Source: Eremomyces bilateralis CBS 781.70 (lineage: Eukaryota). From it: 64,000 bases of DNA. The DNA lies in the NCBI GenBank assembly GCA_010015585.1, contig ML975164.1; one strand, written 5' to 3'. Under the pieces are notes generated by a model. The model was not told where the DNA came from and made no database searches. It worked only from the letters and a program-made list of their open reading frames with translations. Shown one piece after another: positions 47,954-62,533 of this stretch; the stretch's first letter is position 1; each line of letters begins with the position of its first letter. A program made the translations under genes and the position numbers.

Positions 47954-49895
47954 CTACCTTAGAGCAGTCTTTCCATTGCCAAGCAAGACAGTTTGCGGTT
48001 GGCCCGGAGAAGGACTGACCGATTTCTTCTCGTCGACATACTCGCCCTCCGTCGTCAGTGGTTCAGGCTGCAGCTGAGTAGTGTTCCGACGACGACGGAA
48101 ATGATCATCAATGTATCTGATGGCGGCGAGAGTCAAGCCGGCTGATAGGACACCGATGTTGATGCTGAAGCCTCGGCGGTACTTGGGTTTGTCCTCGGAA
48201 CGGAAGATCTGCGCGCCGTAGATACCAGCGATATTGGCACCCATGATCACCCTGGAGTTCATGTCGCGTTAGTACCGGCCGGCACAAGGAATGAAGGGTC
48301 GGGACATACATGGCCATAGCAAGCGCTCGCTCTTCCGAATCAGTACAGGTGAGAGACATCCAGGTAATGTTGAGCGGGTGAGAGAATGTCCCAAAGATCT
48401 GCGTCCAAACCACGCCGAAGTATTTGACCCCCTGGCGGTTGTTGAATTCGGTGAAGATACGATTGAAGACGTAGCCTAGTAGATGGCAGCCGAAGCCAAG
48501 CATGACCGTTTCTCCTCGTCGATTGCTGAGAGACGTTAGCATCGCTCGACACATTATTGGGGTAGGTTGCGTCCGGCTTGGACCAAACTTACAAGTGATC
48601 GGAAATATAGCTGAAGGCGAAGGATACCGGAACTTGGACGAATAGACCAACGGAGGCCATCGCGTTACTCGTGAGGGCAGGGAAGCCAAAGCCAGAGACC
48701 AGCGATGGAGCGTAGGTATCAAAGGCACGCTGAGGGCCGTTGTTGCACAATGTAATGAACAGATGAACCCACATCCGCCAGTGGGTGAACTAGTGACGTT
48801 AGATCCTTGGCCTGTAAATGTGATGCATCCTTCCAGAGCTTTTAGAGCATAGTATGCCCCGGGTTGTAAGATTATAGGCAACAGGATGGAAACTTACAGC
48901 TTTCTTGAACGCACTCAGTCCGATGGTCTTCTTCTTTTTGCCTTTCATGGGGTCATCGAGTTGAACACGAGTGCGGAGAATATGTAGCTCCCTCTTGGTG
49001 AACAGGGAATAGCGAGGGATAAAAGTGCTGCTCGGGTTCTTGAACGAGTCAGGGAGGAGGAATCCAAGAATAAATCCACTGAAGATCGTGAATCCCCCCA
49101 TCAGGACAAAGAGCCAGAACCAACCAGGTCGTCCACCAACGCCTCGCATATGAAGGATGGCATATGCAAGGAGCTTCGCTGACGCTTGGCCGAGCTGGTT
49201 GCCGAAGTAGAAGATCATGATTCGCTTCGCTGTCTCCTTTCGGGTGTACCAGGTCGAGACTGCCGAACGTTAGAAACCGAGCGAGACTTCGATGTTCGGG
49301 TAACATTACGCGTCCAAAGTCCACCAGGGATAAATCCCGACTCCGTCATTCCAAGGATGAACCGAGTCGCAATGAAGGAGCCATAGCTACGCTGGAATGC
49401 TTGGAAGGTGCTGACGGTGCCGAAGAGGAACAACTGAAGTGTGAGCCATTTGCCGGGGCCGACTCGATAAAGAATCATGTTGGATGGGATTTCGAAAAGC
49501 ACGATGCCCAGGGAGAGCATTTGTTGGCCCACATTGAATTGGTTCTGCGTGACGCCGATATCTTTCATGAAGTTGTCCGTGATAGCGTTCGCAATGTTTC
49601 CTCTGTCGAGCTCTGCAAGGCAATGATTGAGAAGTTGTTCGTTGGGAGTAGAAGGTCGATGTCAACTTACGTAGACAGAAGAATCCAAGAGTGAGCAGAG
49701 GCATAATAATGCAATCTAGCCTAAATAGCCATTAATCAAAACTTGCCACAGTCCTGGGATTGTGCACACTCACTTCCGCTTCGCCCTCCCCTCCTCCTCC
49801 TTCGTCCAGTCGACATGTACTGCAAGGGGCAACTCATCATCCCTGGGAGCAGGGTACTCGTCCGGATTGGCAGATTTGAGATCTACGCCGACCAT
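47954..49895 (-). CDS. MFS anion:cation symporter (Dal5/allantoate permease family, alternative sulfate transporter-like); 6 introns (49773-49721, 49670-49613, 49309-49260, 48897-48790, 48592-48526, 48309-48252)
   Basis: Spliced sequence DWTKEEEGRAKRKLD..FFCLQLDRGNIANA, FEIPSNMILYRVGP, ESGFIPG, GWFWLF and AGIYGAQIFRSED.PKYRRG. The start codon is approximate. Confidence 0.88.
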
Positions 49896-52800
49896 TGTTG
49901 CTGACGAAAGTGTCTCTCCAGTTCAATTGAGGAAAAATTCCGCTTGGATACACAAACCAACTGTAGCCGAATCTTTCCCCTCCTTATAGCTTCCGTCGTT
50001 TGCTCGCCAAGGTCGATACGCAGAGGCATAAGCTGGGCCAGACCGTCTGGGCATTGCTGTGGCGTGTCGTGATACCAGCCACAGAGCGCGCATGATGCCG
50101 CAGTGGGGGGGATATCCCACGGATCGATCCAACAATCAGTCATGAATTGACTAAGATGGCCTTGGCCGCACAACAAAGGACGTTGACTCTGAAAGATCAT
50201 GAGGGGATAGAAAGACTGGCTGTAGGATGCCTTATCAGAAAGCACCTGAGGCTGTCGATGTTCGCTTAGCGTACCCATGAATGGCGCCTTGGGTCTGTAG
50301 TCGAGAAGGCCAAGAAACCTATCAAGCATACCATGGTTACGATTGCGTGCTTGATGTAACAGATGTTACAATATCGCCCAGAAACAGCGGCTTAACCAAG
50401 AGAATAGGCAACCTGGGGACTTGAAAATTCGAAATGCTTATATTGAACTTCAAAGACAATAACGAAATATACACAGCATCAAATGCAAAAGGTAAGCTGT
50501 CGGTGCGTAGGGGACAAGACTCAAACGAAATTGAACTAGTAGTAGTGGTCTGTGACTGGGGTGACATGGAGCGGTCCAGATTGACTCCGCGATTTCGTGA
50601 GATCCAAATCGACACTAGGATTTAACAAGCAGGATCGGCGGTTTGCTGCTGTGCTGTGTCAAGCACGATACTCGTTGAAGTAGGATCCATGCATGTATGC
50701 CAGTGTGGCATCGGAATCTTTCCTGAACACGACTTACTCGACAGGGGCACCGGATGCCATTCGTGGTCCATCTCCTTTCTTCTTCAGTTGGCTGCTGGGC
50801 AACACAGAGACACTCGTTTGATTCAAGGAAGGAACTCAGCTGGCCGTGGGATGGGACCACTGCTCCCACTCTGGGAGACTGTGACTCTGAAAAAGGCTGG
50901 ATACCAAGCATGAATGCAAACCATCGATGGCTTTAATAGTAGAAGATGCATCAAAACGCGAGCCAGGTTGAAAAGCACGTCACTGTGGCGCTGGCGTATT
51001 TGGCTTGTATAGTGCGCTGGAGTCAGGGGTTGATACGAGAGAGGCAGAGAGGATACTGACAGATACCTCCAGCCCGTCCAATTCATTGCTGCACTTCTGG
51101 AATCTGGAAATATTCTCTGTCGTTCAGCAGAGACTTCTTGCATTTCTGACTCTGTTCAGTGATCATAGTCTTGTATCAATTCAAGCACTATTGATAAACT
51201 TCCTAGGCCGCTGCGAATATTTGAGGGGGAATGGGTCATAGTTCAAAGCTCGTTCTTCATCTACCGACATCATAGCATTTGCCAGGCCATTCAGGGCAAA
51301 TATCGAATCATTGTAACTATTGGTATGCCTTACTACTTCAGCTTCGCCGCGGAGATGCACTTCTCTCACACTTGGAGGCTATCCCTACTCTTTAGCGTCA
51401 CATCATCGTTCCTGCATTCACTGCTCTATTTAGCATCGCATGTGCCGTATCGGCTCTAAGCTCAAAGTCTTCTTCTTTTTCTTCTTTTCTACTTCAAGCT
51501 TGTTAAATTTGTTAGTCGAGAAGGAAGCGAATGGAACACGCTTCTGCTCATGACGATAGCATTCTTACCTTGCCATATCAGAGTTGCTGTATGGCTGTGT
51601 CAACATATTATCGACAATTTGATAGGCCTTCAACCGGCTATATTATGTCCTAAGGGGGGATCGATATGCGAGCATCCAATTTTGTACTCGGACGAAGTCG
51701 CTTCGTGCAAAAAGGATGTCCGGAGGTCATGAGGATGCCGTCACCATTCACTCGAAAAGTGCTTAGTAGGAGCGTACCACGGACCATAGAATTCTATTTG
51801 GTACGGTTATACGCCCTTCCAAGATCGCGGATCTTGGAGGAGGTCGCGAGTGTTTTCTCTTGATCATTCCATGAACTAGACCCAGATTCATGATGGGTTT
51901 CCCCAGAAGAGAGCTGCAAAGTCGCCTGCTTGAGGCGATGGGAGACCTGCGCTGGTAGCACTGAACAATTTGAGGAAATGTCATGTTGTCTAGCAGATGA
52001 GAGTGCCACAGCAGGGTCTCTTTCAAATAATTCGATCCAACGCTAACTCGTTCCAACGGAATAGTTATAGACATACTATCGACCGATGCGATTCGAAGAT
52101 TCGGAATACACTCATGGTGCAGTGTTGAGACCGGGAGCTAAACCGACCGATAACTTCGAAAGGCCTGGGAGTCCGTGTTTCCACCACTCTCATTTGATAT
52201 CTGTTGCTCCCTGTGAAACAGGTCTCTGCGACATGGGCGACAAGAGGCATACTGGAGTGTCATTTAGGATATCCCTCGTGATTTGGAGATGATTTGGAGA
52301 TGAACTTGTAGATGGAATGGGTCTCTAAAGTGGATATCCGGGCAGACGGTCCTGCGTCTCAACATTTCCAAATCAATCGTCCTTGCTAGGAACGGAGTCG
52401 GCGTGAAGGAGACCACCTCACAACTTAGCTGAAATGCGGCCACCCATGAACCACCGCTTCCCTAATGGTTCGGCCCGAGTCGATTTTGCGAAAGAGTACT
52501 GGGACAGGCAAACCCCCCACCTGGTCAGTTTTCTTCTTAGAGCCGTCTCCGACCCTACCTCTCTGATTCCAGACACAGAGCAGGTTTTCCCAACGGACTG
52601 TCACTTTATGAACCTGGCGAAGCACTCTACTGCGGAAATTCCCCAAGGCTGAGGTTGAACTAACCGAGCAGGGGATGGTTCATATGCGATGTATTTTCCG
52701 TGGTATGTCTGCCACAGGATCCCTCAGCAACTATCCAACACGAAGGGGTGGTAAAAGAATGACCAGGCGCGTCTTCCAATTCCGGACCGAACACTTAACA

Positions 52801-54933
52801 TGGGACTTTCTATGGGAGCAAAGCCCGATGATATGCCGGCTCACAGGGCGTCTCCACTCCGTGCAAGAGGTGGAAGAGATATATCGAGCTCTCTGACCGG
52901 AGGCAGATACCCATGGCACTTGAAATTCGGACTGAAGGATGTTGAGAAGGAACAGTGACTGGAAGTTTCCGAAACCAGGGAGGGATATATCAGGACAATT
53001 AATCCGCAACGAAGGCGAAATTGGCTCAGTCGACGACTTTGCTATTGCTTCCACATCACATTCACATGTGGGCCCCGTCCGAATAAGATGGCCATGGCAA
53101 CAGACGACAAGTGTGACCGTCCAACCGGGACGACCGTTTGCTCGGACGGAACTTATCAGGAAGCAAGGATGGGATACCGGATACTCCTCGCTGCCAGCTC
53201 GAGGCAGATGTCCACAAGAGATCAGAGTTCAAGTAAGGACGATATTCCCTCCAACCTAACTTGGCCTCCGTGTCCCCAAATCGTGTGCCACACAATCGTT
53301 GTGAACCCTCAATTGTTCCTTCGGGTGGCACAACCGGGCGCACTGCAGTGACGACCACAACCGCCAAGCAGGCATCCAACCCAGCTTGTGTAACCCAGGT
53401 TACCGTATCCGCACACTGTTTAAACTGAAACGAAGGATGCCCAACAACAACAACAACTAGGTATTCGGCCCTCTGGATAGTTCCGCACCTCGGAACAATT
53501 CAAGCTACTGTCAAATACATTGGCGACCGATATAAGCTTCATCAATAGAGAATGACGTCGCTTACGACACGCGCTAAAGCCTATTCGCATAGATAAGGAA
53601 CAGATCACCGAATTTGTGTGATTCGAGGATTGCGATGGATTCCCATGTGTGGCACCTCGAAAATAGATTGCGGCCAATATCGGGTCCTGAGACGGCTGGT
53701 CCTTGCGCCACACACATATCTCAGGACTATTCCTCAAGGACAAGGATGATCGGCGGCAAAGCAACGGAGGATCCTGCCATTAGAGGCGATGAATGAATGT
53801 GGGCGGTTAGGCGGTTGGAACATCAGCAGATCTTGGAAAGGACGGATGATGCGTGTTGCCTCTAGAAGCACTTCTGAGTTCTGACTGTTACTGGAGAGAC
53901 GACCGGTTAGCCCCGAAAGACGCATGAACACCGTTGTCAAAACCCTCCAGCCTGGTAATGAATCTAGATTATGCGAGAATGCGAGGGGATCCTACGCTGA
54001 CGGAACACCCTGGACCTGAATTTCGAGAAGGCAACCGGAAGAAATACTGCCTGTGAGGCTGGATGGATTCTAGGCCTTGCTATTATTACAAAGTCAAGAC
54101 TTTCAAGTCGCCTGTTCAGCATCGAGGAGTGGAGCTGTACGTCATACAGTCGGGAATATTTTTACGGGCTACGATCGATCGCTGGTCGGCAAAGGAAAGA
54201 TCTGCGATGGCTCGGATTCAGAATAAAGATAGACGAGGATCTCACGCGTGGTTGCATTGTCGAGGGCCCGGAGGATTGTTCGAAGGAATCTGGGCCAAAA
54301 ACTTGGTCTTCCCCAGGCTTGCGTTGTTGAACTTGAATTATGGATTGGCCGTAGATCTATCGTACAGACAAAAATTGTCTCCCAAGGTATATGCCTCGCC
54401 AAAACCAATGTGACAACGCAATGGCATCTTGTCTAGAAAGACCAGAAAAAACCCGCCCAGATGAAAAGGGTATTAAAGCTGAGGATCATTGACAGCAACC
54501 CCTGGTGTCTTGCTGTATATAACGCCAGGCGCGCCAGCTCAGCAATGCTTCCCAGTATTACAATATGTGCATAGATCGGAATAACTCTGAACTTTGAATG
54601 TGTCATGATAAGAACATGTTGACATTTTGCGATGCTTGGAAGTTCTCTCGTTCGACCCAGAGAAAGTATTGACATGAAAGTACCACACACATCGAAAGTC
54701 CAATGTATTAAAAAGCAAACACGACAACCCGTTGAAGGTTAAAAGTCCAACGCGTGCCGTGCCCTGCGCATTAGAACCAGAAATTCGATCGGGGCGTGAC
54801 AGGCGATTCGTCGCTGTTTGGCAGACTCCAGATTCCCGCTGCCATGCGTTGACGAGTATTTCCCATACCTCCTATCTTCACCACATGGACAATCCAACTC
54901 CACTGATCACCACCGCTCGCGGTCGGAAACCGC

Positions 54934-55441
54934 TTACAGGAGGTAGGCAGCCATGCCGAAGATGGCAGCCAAAGCACCACCGGAGACGGCCATCTGGCTG
55001 GCGGCACCGGTGAACTTCGGCGGGACGGCAGAGGTCTTGGCGGGAGGAGCGACGGACGGGGAGCTCTTGGTGGGAGCGGGGGTGGTGCCGTTGCCGTATG
55101 GCTTGGAGGTCGGCGCCGGCGGGGGCTTCTCGCAGGTGGTGCACTTGGTCACGACCTGAAAAAGGTCAGGTTCAGGATATGCACTGAAGAAGCGTTGGAG
55201 TACTTACGGCGCTGGAGACGGGCTTGGTGACGGTGCAGCCAGTTGGACATGGCAGGGTGATGGTGGTAGCCTCGGTGATGGTGTAGGTGTTGCCGCCGTG
55301 GGTAATGGTGGTGGGCGCCGGGCAGTACGTGACGTAGTCGGTCACGACCTCAGTAACGACTGGAGGGGCGGTGCCATTCCGGCCACCGGCACTGACACCA
55401 ACGGCCAACAGGGTGGCAGCAGCGATAGTTGAGAAACGCAT
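54934..55441 (-). CDS. Small GPI-anchored cell-wall protein, ccg-6/Mmc-like; intron 55207-55156
   Basis: Signal peptide, VTEVVTDYVTYCPAPTTITHG..YTITEATTITLPCPTGCTV, and GPI signal FTGAASQMAVSGGALAAIFGMAAYLL. Confidence 0.85.
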
Positions 55442-58400
55442 TCTGATTGATTTGCTGGAGTATTAAGGGTTACCGAAGTAAAGAGATCGAAAAGTCGAGT
55501 TGATCGTGAAGTTGGCGTGAGAAACGTGAGTACGGATGTGATAAAAACGAGAGACTGTCCGTAGATGTTGTAGTGAGTGGAGAGAGGAAGAAGGACGGGA
55601 GGGAAACATGGATGGAGGGAGTTTTATATGACATGAGAGCAGGAGACCAACAAAGTCAGCTACCGCTAGAGTGCTCCAGTGAGACGCTAAGCCAGCGACA
55701 GTGAGCGACTGGTCTTCCTGCACGGATAACCGAATGGGTCGTCGCTCTGGTGGGTGACCCAAGCACTTTTCCACCAACGGAAGCGAAAACCGCATCGAGG
55801 GTGGAAAGTGGTTCCTGTGGACACAAAAGGGGCCTGGTCGGGATCTTGAACAAGTTAGGGGCTAACCTTGCATGTCCCCTGAGGCACCGCTGCACTATTG
55901 ACTATTAGCAGCTGATCTGACCACTCACAGACCGAGCTTTCGGCTTCGCGCTGGCTAGACTCATTTAGTTTCCGTCCCATCTCGATACCCATGCTCGTCA
56001 TCGGCCATCCTCACGAATTCGGCATGTTTTGTTCCCTTGACAAAGGCGAGGTAGCGGTGCAACTCAGTGGCGCTCAACATTGACGCCTGGTCTTTGCATG
56101 CCGAGATTACGAGTGTGGAACGGTCGCTGGGGTCCTGGATTGCTGTGCCGTTTGTCAATCAGTCTTCAATATCTCCTAGTTAGATTTGGGTCTTGCTTCG
56201 GTCGCGTGAGTGGATCAACAAGACGTTGGATTGTCAGGATCATGGCCCCCTCCACAATCAACCTTTTGAAATCCCCATGTTCCTCTCCCGTCTATTGCAT
56301 GTTGCTGACAGCTGGAGACCGCGGTGGGCGGTGATCACTGATCAGTGGGAGTCGATTTGACAGCGCTAAAATTACTATGACGGCATTGTCCTTCTGGAAC
56401 CTGCTTCCATGCTCTGGGGCATGAAGGTTGCATAAAAACAACCCACCAACTGATGAAAGAGATGCGGCAGATACCCGCACCGGACCATTGGCTTGGATGG
56501 CGTGGTGGCCGCAATTTCCGGACGATTGACGAGGCGTGACGAGAATAAAGTGGCGAGAAAGTTAACTCCCAAGTCTTGGGAGTGGAAGTTGGGACCGTGG
56601 AAGCGGGCAACCAAAGTTTGTCGCTGTGAAGTCTGGACCCTGGGGCCTGGTGTGGGCGTCTCGAGACATCACGAGTTCCATACTGGTAGACTCGACTCAT
56701 TGAACGTGAGCCATGGTAACAATAATTGGGCATTAATTGTAATTTGATTCAATATTGTGCTGGCGAAGACCTATGGGAAGGCCGCCAACAACACCACAAA
56801 TGGGTCTGTTGTAGCTTGCCGAAATCTGGCGGCAAAATATCGAGTCACGGATGGATGACTCCATAGCAACTTAAACCAGCAGATGTTCGCTTTCGCTTCC
56901 AGATATGCGACCATCTGATAGTTGGCCCGAGAAATTGTGTCCTGATTCCTGAGATCATTATGGTAATGTCGTTCAACATTACGGCACCCGTAACCGCGGT
57001 GAGAACGTCGAATACCAGATACTGGTGGAGATGCGCCGATCACAGTGTCGGTTCCAGTATTCCAATTGTATGGTGGCCCGACTGTCACGGAGCATCAAGC
57101 CCGTACTACGATTTGGCTCCCATCACCAATTGCAACGACACAGGCCAACCGTCAACCCCTCCCTAAATGCTTGTAAAATGTATCTGCTGTCATAAGCCAA
57201 AGCCAAGTGATGAAGCACATTCTATGCATCTCCAGGGCTCATTGGTGTATGCTCAAGCAAGGGCGGGTTCCTGCAGAAATCCTCCTGCGCTGCGAAATGG
57301 TCGAACCAATGATATGTGGACAGCGTTCTAGACCATTCGGTTTGTTGTCAGTACCCGAGTGGAATCAGTCATCCGCTGCCTGATCCAGGCACCAGAGCAG
57401 GAGTACGAAGGATGGTGAAGTCAGGAGGAGAAGCAAGAACTTGAACTCTCCCGAATCCATACGGAGCAGTGGCTTCTTTAGATCGGAATCTCGTGACTCT
57501 TCCCAAGCCCTTTTAAGATCTTTTCCGACATATTCACGTGATGATGATGCTGAACGTTTCCCACCTTGTGAATCCCATGGATACGACAATAAATGCTAAG
57601 AAACGGTCTTGGTTAGCCTCGGCAGTAATTTCCTTCTTCTACCAATAACAGTAAACAGACTAACTATGTTCGCATCTTATCTCCTAATGAGGTTGGAATA
57701 ATCAATAATGAATGAACGAGATCATCAGTTGACCCACCGCGATCGTGCGCTGTGCCCATGTTTGCATGTGCGGAAGCAGATCCTCGTTGATTGTTGAAGC
57801 CGTCCGGCATCCGGGCAGAGCTGCAATGGTGATGTTTGTACGGAGTACTCCATAGAGTATCTACATTACAGTATCTACAGCTTGAATCCGATGTTCCAGT
57901 ACGACAACAATCACACCTAAGGTACTAGTCCTATAGTATCTCAAGATACACCTTCATAATTTATAATGGGCTGCACCTCGCAAAATATCCATGCACCACA
58001 TCCCCACCCTTCTAGACTCAGCAGTGAGCAGCCATCCCCAGTTTTACTTTTTAACATGCAATCGAGAAGCTTCATAGGCTCATGGACTGTGGAGTAGTCC
58101 ATGCGGAAACAGTGAGTGAGACACATCTGAGTTCTGACATCTCAAATTTCGATCCTTCGTTCTCCTGATCTTTCAGGGGAGGGATGGACCATGGAGCCAT
58201 CCAGTTTGGCTTCTGATCCATCATCCTACCCCATTGCTTTGAGGACGACAAGCAAATCCGGAGTCCTGAAAAGGAAAAGGGCACCTTTAGAATCGGAGAA
58301 GGATGGCTTCTCCGACAATGACCATATCGTATCGTCCATGGTTCACGGCCTCTTTTTTCCCAAGCTGTTTACAAGTCTGATGGATCAAAAAGTGGACATT

Positions 58401-58673
58401 GAAGGCCCTAACTCCTGAGGGCTGCGGGCTGACGGTTCTGATAAACTCCACTCTCCTACTCCATCGAGGTGGATTCCTAGCCCCACGACCTCGGAGAGGC
58501 TGGAAATATTTCCAGTGATCAGACACTTCATCCCCAACTCTGCCTCAGGCGATCATACGATCCAGCGACCTCGGTATTATTATTCAATATGAATTATTTG
58601 TGATCTCCTTTCTATCTCATCCAATTCCACTTGTGCCAATTCTACGCGACTCTTACTACGATCGCCCATTTCA

Positions 58674-59438
58674 ATGCCGCTACCAGCGAAACAGACCTTA
58701 CCACGGAACTGGCCCTCTTCGATCACGTATACTCCCATACCAGTTCACTCGCCGAACCTCTCTTCAACGGAGCTTCGAACCCTCCATCCGCCTCGATCCA
58801 CGTCTTCTCTGGTTCCAGCACTGAAAATACCTCTGCATTCTCCGTCGTATATCTCCATCCTTCCGATCACCACACCTGGGCATCCGGCGAGAGGACAACA
58901 CGGTCTCTTCGCCGCCGAGGACCTGCGGCCCGGTTCGCACATTATATTCTATATTGGCTTCGTACATGGGAACTCGGACAAGGAAAACCATAGCACGAGC
59001 GACTATGACCTGAGCCTTGTGCGGGAGGCGGTGAGTGTCGCTGGTGCCAAAGGTGAAGAGCAGGGGCAAGATGTCATTGTAGAACTTGGAGTGGATGGCG
59101 AGCAGATGGGCAACGAGGCTCGTTTCGTCAATGACTATCGCGGTGTCCCTGCTTCCCCTGCCCCTCACAAGTCTTCCTCGCATGCAAATGGAATCTCACG
59201 CTCTCAAGCATCCACTACAAAAGGTGCCTTGGTCCAAGCACCGAATGCTGAGTTTCGCGACGTATGGGCCGAATACGCCCATGGCAAGGAGACGAGAATA
59301 GAGAGATGCATTGCGATTTTCGTAAGAGAGGCCGGCAAAAGTGGGAAATGGAAGAACGGAATCCGTAGAGGTGAGGAGATTTTGGTAAGTTATGGCAAAG
59401 GATTTTGGGGCGCAAGGAAGGAAATGGATGAGGCATAA
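58674..59438 (+). CDS. SET-domain-like protein
   Basis: GQHGLFAAEDL, YIG, GNEARFVNDYRG and GIRRGEEILVSYGKGFW resemble SET motifs. Confidence 0.7.
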   Translation: MPLPAKQTLPRNWPSSITYTPIPVHSPNLSSTELRTLHPPRSTSSLVPALKIPLHSPSYISILPITTPGHPARGQHGLFAAEDLRPGSHIIFYIGFVHGNSDKENHSTSDYDLSLVREAVSVAGAKGEEQGQDVIVELGVDGEQMGNEARFVNDYRGVPASPAPHKSSSHANGISRSQASTTKGALVQAPNAEFRDVWAEYAHGKETRIERCIAIFVREAGKSGKWKNGIRRGEEILVSYGKGFWGARKEMDEA

Positions 59439-60722
59439 CGGCTGTTGCCGTGCTACCATCCTTACCTTCGTCGACCAGATCCTTCATGCAGGCAGACTCT
59501 GGGAAAGAATTTTCCTCCAACGACGATCCGTAGCAGCATCGTGGAGCAGAGGAGGTCAATCGCCTCATGTTCTAGAAGCCATATGACACTCCCTAAGTGT
59601 GGTTTCCTCTCTGGAAGCTAGCAGTTCATCCAACTGAGCTGTGTCAAAAGACGGTCCATACAAATTTTCCGGGAGGTCACCGCCCTGCTTACCAAATGGC
59701 GAAACGCCATATTCACGTTCGATGGAGCAATACATGCTGGAAATTATGGATTGGCCGATATTCAGCAATATACACCGCGAAGGATTTGATCCCTTTGAAG
59801 GCCTCGTGGCCTGCAGGAAAAAGGTTGGGAAAGGATACTTTTCGATATTCATGGACTCGGAATCAAGCGGTGCGATTGGTAATCGAGCCAGTATCGGTAG
59901 ACAATTCGACATATAGGTCCAGGATCACCGACTGGCCTTCTGCATTTGTCAACGATCCTTGATGTCCTCCTTCATGTCCTCCCATGGATAGTAAGGACAG
60001 AGGCCTGCTAGGATGATAATAAAATGCCTCGGAAGTTCATGCAGGAAGTGATTGCATGCTAATCTACAAATCTGCATGTCTATCTATCCTCTGGGGTGCT
60101 TTATGGTCGACAGATTTGGGCATTGACCTCAATGTGTTTGAGATAGACAATTGAGGCTCAACCTCAAAATCACGGGATGAAATGACCCAACTGACCTTAA
60201 AGCACTAAGCTACGATGGTATTCCTTAAACAGTTCCATAGGATTGATACCTCACCGCAAATGGCTCCCAGATCCGCTAGAATCCTAATCTTACACGATGG
60301 AATCATGGAAGGCTGCGAGATGCATATATCGTCATGGATTCCCCGCTCCTTCGACACAGATCGTCCTCCGATTCGATCCCTCGCCATTACTACTGACCAA
60401 CTCCACCACTCAAACTCACTCACAACTGCCACGCCTTGAGAAATTTCAGTCAGCATTAGGCTTAATTGGGGCATCATGACCCGGAATCTGGATTCGCGCG
60501 GACGAAGCGAGCGGCGTTATGAGATCAATAATCCTTCCGTTGGTGCGATGTACGGAGGGCAGCGGGAACGACGACGTTGGTCCCGCGGTAAGAACAGAAT
60601 AGGCAATTACGTTGGTTGCAGTATTATATCTCCTTGATCCGGTCAATATTAGGTTCTTTGTCTCTCGTATCGTGCGATTTATCTTTGCTTTGGGGTATTG
60701 CCATCATTAATTATTCTTCAAA

Positions 60723-62533
60723 ATGCGTGTCAATTCGATATTGGTCGCGTCATTGTCATGCCTTTCTAACGGTCTTGCTGCGCCTAATGGAGGAGGCCGT
60801 CATTCAGATCTTCCAATTGTTGACTTGAAATATGAACTACACCAAGCCATTTCATTTAATGTAAGGACTCAATTGAAATTTCCCAAGGGAGCATCAGTCC
60901 CATACGTGGCACTCTACAATAGCCTGTGACCCGGATGACGACTTTGAATGGCACAAGAGATGAACAGGACATTAACAATACGTACAGTCCACTCGACAGT
61001 ATTATAATTTTTCAAATATCCGATATGCGCAACCCCCCATTGGAGAATTCCGATTCGCCGCACCTCAGCCTCCCAAGGTCGACAGAAAAGAAGTTCAAAA
61101 AGGGGACCTAGGCAGAATATGTCCTCAAGCCTCCCCAGCGTGGTTCGCGACGCAGACAGGGTTCATCTTAGACTACTTGGGTATCCCCATACCGCCGAGG
61201 AATTCGTCGTCAGTTCCTTCCGTAAGCATCGACCCGCGCACCACGGAGGACTGCCTATTCCTCGACGTGCTCGTCCCGAAGAAAGCCTGGGATGGGAGAT
61301 ACGGACAGAAGAAGGCTCCGGTCCTCGTCTGGATCTATGGCGGTGGCTACACGGTAGGAGAGAAATCGTCGTTCTTGGGATCGCCAGTCGGGTTGCTGGA
61401 GCGGGCTGAAAATGACCTTGTCTTCGTCTCGATGAACTATCGCGTCGGCGCGTTTGGATTCCTATCAGGCCCTACGTTCCAAGCGGACGGGGGAACCGCA
61501 AACGCAGGACTTTTGGATCAGCGACTTGCGCTGCAATGGATTCAAGAGAATATCTCCAAGTTTGGAGGTGACCCTGATGAGGTGACCGTGATTGGCGAGT
61601 CAGCGGGCGGTGGCTCAATCATTCACCACATTACTGTACGGTATTCCAAAGTTTGTGCTTCAACGTCACTAACATAGCGGACAGGCATACGGAGGGCTGA
61701 AAGGCCGTGCTCCTTTCGCTCGTGCAATTCCCCAATCCCCTGGCTTTCTCCCTACGACCAGCAGTCATCAGCAGGAATCGACGTTCCAGAAATACATGTC
61801 ATTGCTGAATGTCTCCACCCTCGCAGAGGCACGGCGTGTCCCAAGCGAAGCGGTCATCCGCGCCAACATCGCCCAAGTCAACGAATCCATCACCGGCACG
61901 TTTGCGTTCGGCCCGGTTGTCGACGGCAGCTTCACGCCTGCCCTTCCTGGGCAGTTACTCGCTCGAGGACAGTTCGATAAGCGGTTAGATGTCATGCATG
62001 CGTTCAACTCGCAGGAAGGCTTGTTGTTCACTCCCTCGTACGTCACGAATGAGGAGGCTTTCCGCAACTACACTGCCATCTCCCTACCCACGATCGAACC
62101 AGAAACCCTGGATTATCTTTTCACCGAGTTATATCCACCGGTATTCGATGGAAGCACCCCATACAAAGACCACATCGGCCGTGCCGCCTTCTCCACATCC
62201 GAGTCGATCTTCATATGCAACACCCGCTACCTCGCAACGGCATATGGCGGGAAGACCTTTGGCTACGAATTTACCATCTTTCCCGGCCTGCATGGACTCG
62301 ATCTTCCCTACACGTTCTACGATGGCGAGCCGGCGAAGGTAACCGGCAACGTCAACATTGCGTTGGAGCACCAGCGTGCCATCGTGTCCTTTGCGAAGAG
62401 TGGCGATCCGGGATTCCCGGTGTACGGGGCGAATTCAACCATCCGGATTTACGGTTCGGCCGGCGTAAGTACAGCGAGAGATCCGAATGCTAATAAGAGA
62501 TGCGACTGGTGGCAAAAGGCTCTGTACGCTTGA
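60723..62533 (+). CDS. Secreted type-B carboxylesterase; introns 60861-60987, 61636-61684
   Basis: Signal peptide, YYNFSNIRYAQPP, EDCLFLDV, WIYGGGY, nucleophile GESAGG, QEG and GLHGLDL. Confidence 0.92.

Noticed and set aside
36200..54700. Starship giant transposon
   Set aside because: No DUF3435 tyrosine recombinase or recognisable boundary repeats occur in this window.
55500..58600. Short ORFs upstream of the ccg-6-like gene
   Set aside because: They show no recognisable motifs or consistent exon chain, and a long regulatory intergenic region is more likely.
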